Of a DNA stretch of 51,963 nt, positions 51,241 to 51,963 are shown one piece after another. Origin of the DNA: Acidobacteriota bacterium. Its GTDB lineage: Bacteria; Acidobacteriota; Terriglobia; Bryobacterales; Bryobacteraceae. The position numbers were made by a program, and so were the translations under genes. The notes below the pieces were generated by a model. That model was given only the letters and a program-made list of their open reading frames with translations. It had not been told where the DNA came from and ran no database searches. The stretch lies in the NCBI GenBank assembly GCA_040007495.1, contig JBDTUY010000001.1, positions 1 to 51,963 of the forward strand, read 5' to 3'. The first letter of the stretch is position 1. The number at the start of each line of letters is the position of its first letter.

Positions 51241-51576
51241 TTAGTTGCCGGTTGCGGTTGCGCTGGCGCTGCTACCCGTGATGACAATTTTGTTCGAGGT
51301 ACCAGCGAGGCGGATAGCCGAGACCTTCGAGGCTGCGGTTTCCAGCGTGGTGTAGGCGAACTTCTGCGTTCCGGTTTCCAACTTCGCGGGGGCGCTGGCA
51401 ACTTCTACCTTGCGATCCATGAAAACAACCTTGTCGCCCTTGAGCTCGACCTTGTAATCGCCCGCTTTCAGTTCTGTGCCGCCTACCCACATGGGTGTCG
51501 CCAGAGTTACCTTTTCAGCAAACGCGGTGAGCGCGAACGAAGCTACGCATAGTGTGAGTGTAATAAGTTTTTTCAT
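51241..51576 (-). CDS. Small secreted hypothetical protein (111 aa)
   Basis: Signal peptide MKKLITLTLCVASFALTAFA/E. The mature part is beta-rich (DYKVELKGDKVVFMD..) with a Ser/Ala/Thr tail. AAGGGA lies ~12 nt upstream. Confidence 0.55.
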   Translation of the reverse strand: MKKLITLTLCVASFALTAFAEKVTLATPMWVGGTELKAGDYKVELKGDKVVFMDRKVEVASAPAKLETGTQKFAYTTLETAASKVSAIRLAGTSNKIVITGSSASATATGN

Positions 51577-51963
51577 AAATATAGTTGTCCCTTGAATAAG
51601 ATTTTAAGATTTGTTGTTGATAGTGCGCGGAGGCTCTTTCTTGGAGAATGCCGCGTGCTGCACCGTACACTCTTAATGACGACAGAAACGTCACCAATCG
51701 TTACGGCAAATTGTGAATTCGGTATGTTTCCTGCTGTTCAAGTCTATTTACCCCCTAGTCCGTGACGTGAAAGAGCACTAGGTGCATACGCCTACCATTT
51801 GGGCGGGACGAACAAACTGCAAAGCAATGTGTCAAACATACGTCGCATACTGCGTACTTATATCTAGACGAATGCCAGTGTGGTTTTGTTGCGGAAATTC
51901 GAGCAAAATATTCCTGCATGCAAATGTCGCAATCCGACCTCTTCCCGTTGTAGTTTGGTTCGG

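Noticed and set aside
51940-51963. Possible 5' end of a tRNA (..GTTGTAGTTTGGTTCGG) at the window edge
   Set aside because: Only a D-arm-like fragment is visible. No anticodon or T-arm can be seen, so no call is possible.
1-51963. Prophage, integrative element, defence island or biosynthetic gene cluster
   Set aside because: No integrase, transposase, recombinase, phage structural, restriction-modification, Cas, toxin-antitoxin, PKS/NRPS or tRNA-flank signatures were seen in any frame. The window reads as core chromosome with interspersed envelope and signalling genes.

Overview
This is about 52 kb of gene-dense chromosomal DNA with roughly 47 credible protein-coding genes. By eye I found no rRNA, tRNA, CRISPR array, transposase or integrase. 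All family assignments come from motifs read in the supplied translations and recalled from memory; no database was searched.

The likely source is an Acidobacteriota (Terriglobia, Solibacter or Koribacter-like) genome. This is inferred from two TIGR03435 'soil-associated' paralogues, a TIGR03437-type C-terminal domain protein, a relic of an ADOP/FtsX-type permease, frequent weak Shine-Dalgarno (SD) sequences, and a GC content that looks like the high 50s % (not computed).

Housekeeping blocks are rplU-rpmA-obg, metK, tig, and phoH-ybeY-corC-era. Between them lie envelope, proteolysis and signalling genes:
- a KirBac-type K+ channel
- two S41 peptidases and an M16 peptidase
- a 1-Cys peroxiredoxin and a thiolase
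- a MarR-ClC pair next to a TauE exporter
- DinB, cupin and VOC proteins
- DUF481, DUF885, an RNase T2 and an atypical SDR

The candidates I consider most worth following:
1. 3485..7213: a translationally coupled trio of an amicyanin-type blue-copper protein, a periplasmic-sensor HD-GYP phosphodiesterase and a predicted beta-barrel.
2. 28838..34939: a five-gene same-strand array of LiaF-like protein, LytS-type kinase, LytTR regulator, large S41 peptidase and TIGR03435 protein. It is preceded by two 14-bp direct repeats phased 21 bp apart, a candidate LytTR operator.
3. 43024..45507: a 7TM-HD-GYP-GAF-degenerate-GGDEF protein that keeps an RxxD I-site, divergent from a DUF481 barrel gene.
4. 19916..22581: an orphan cpaB-tadB-tadC block lacking secretin, ATPase and pilin genes.

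Gene decay is visible as a frameshifted TIGR03435 gene and a 3' permease relic. Several spacers are unusually structured.
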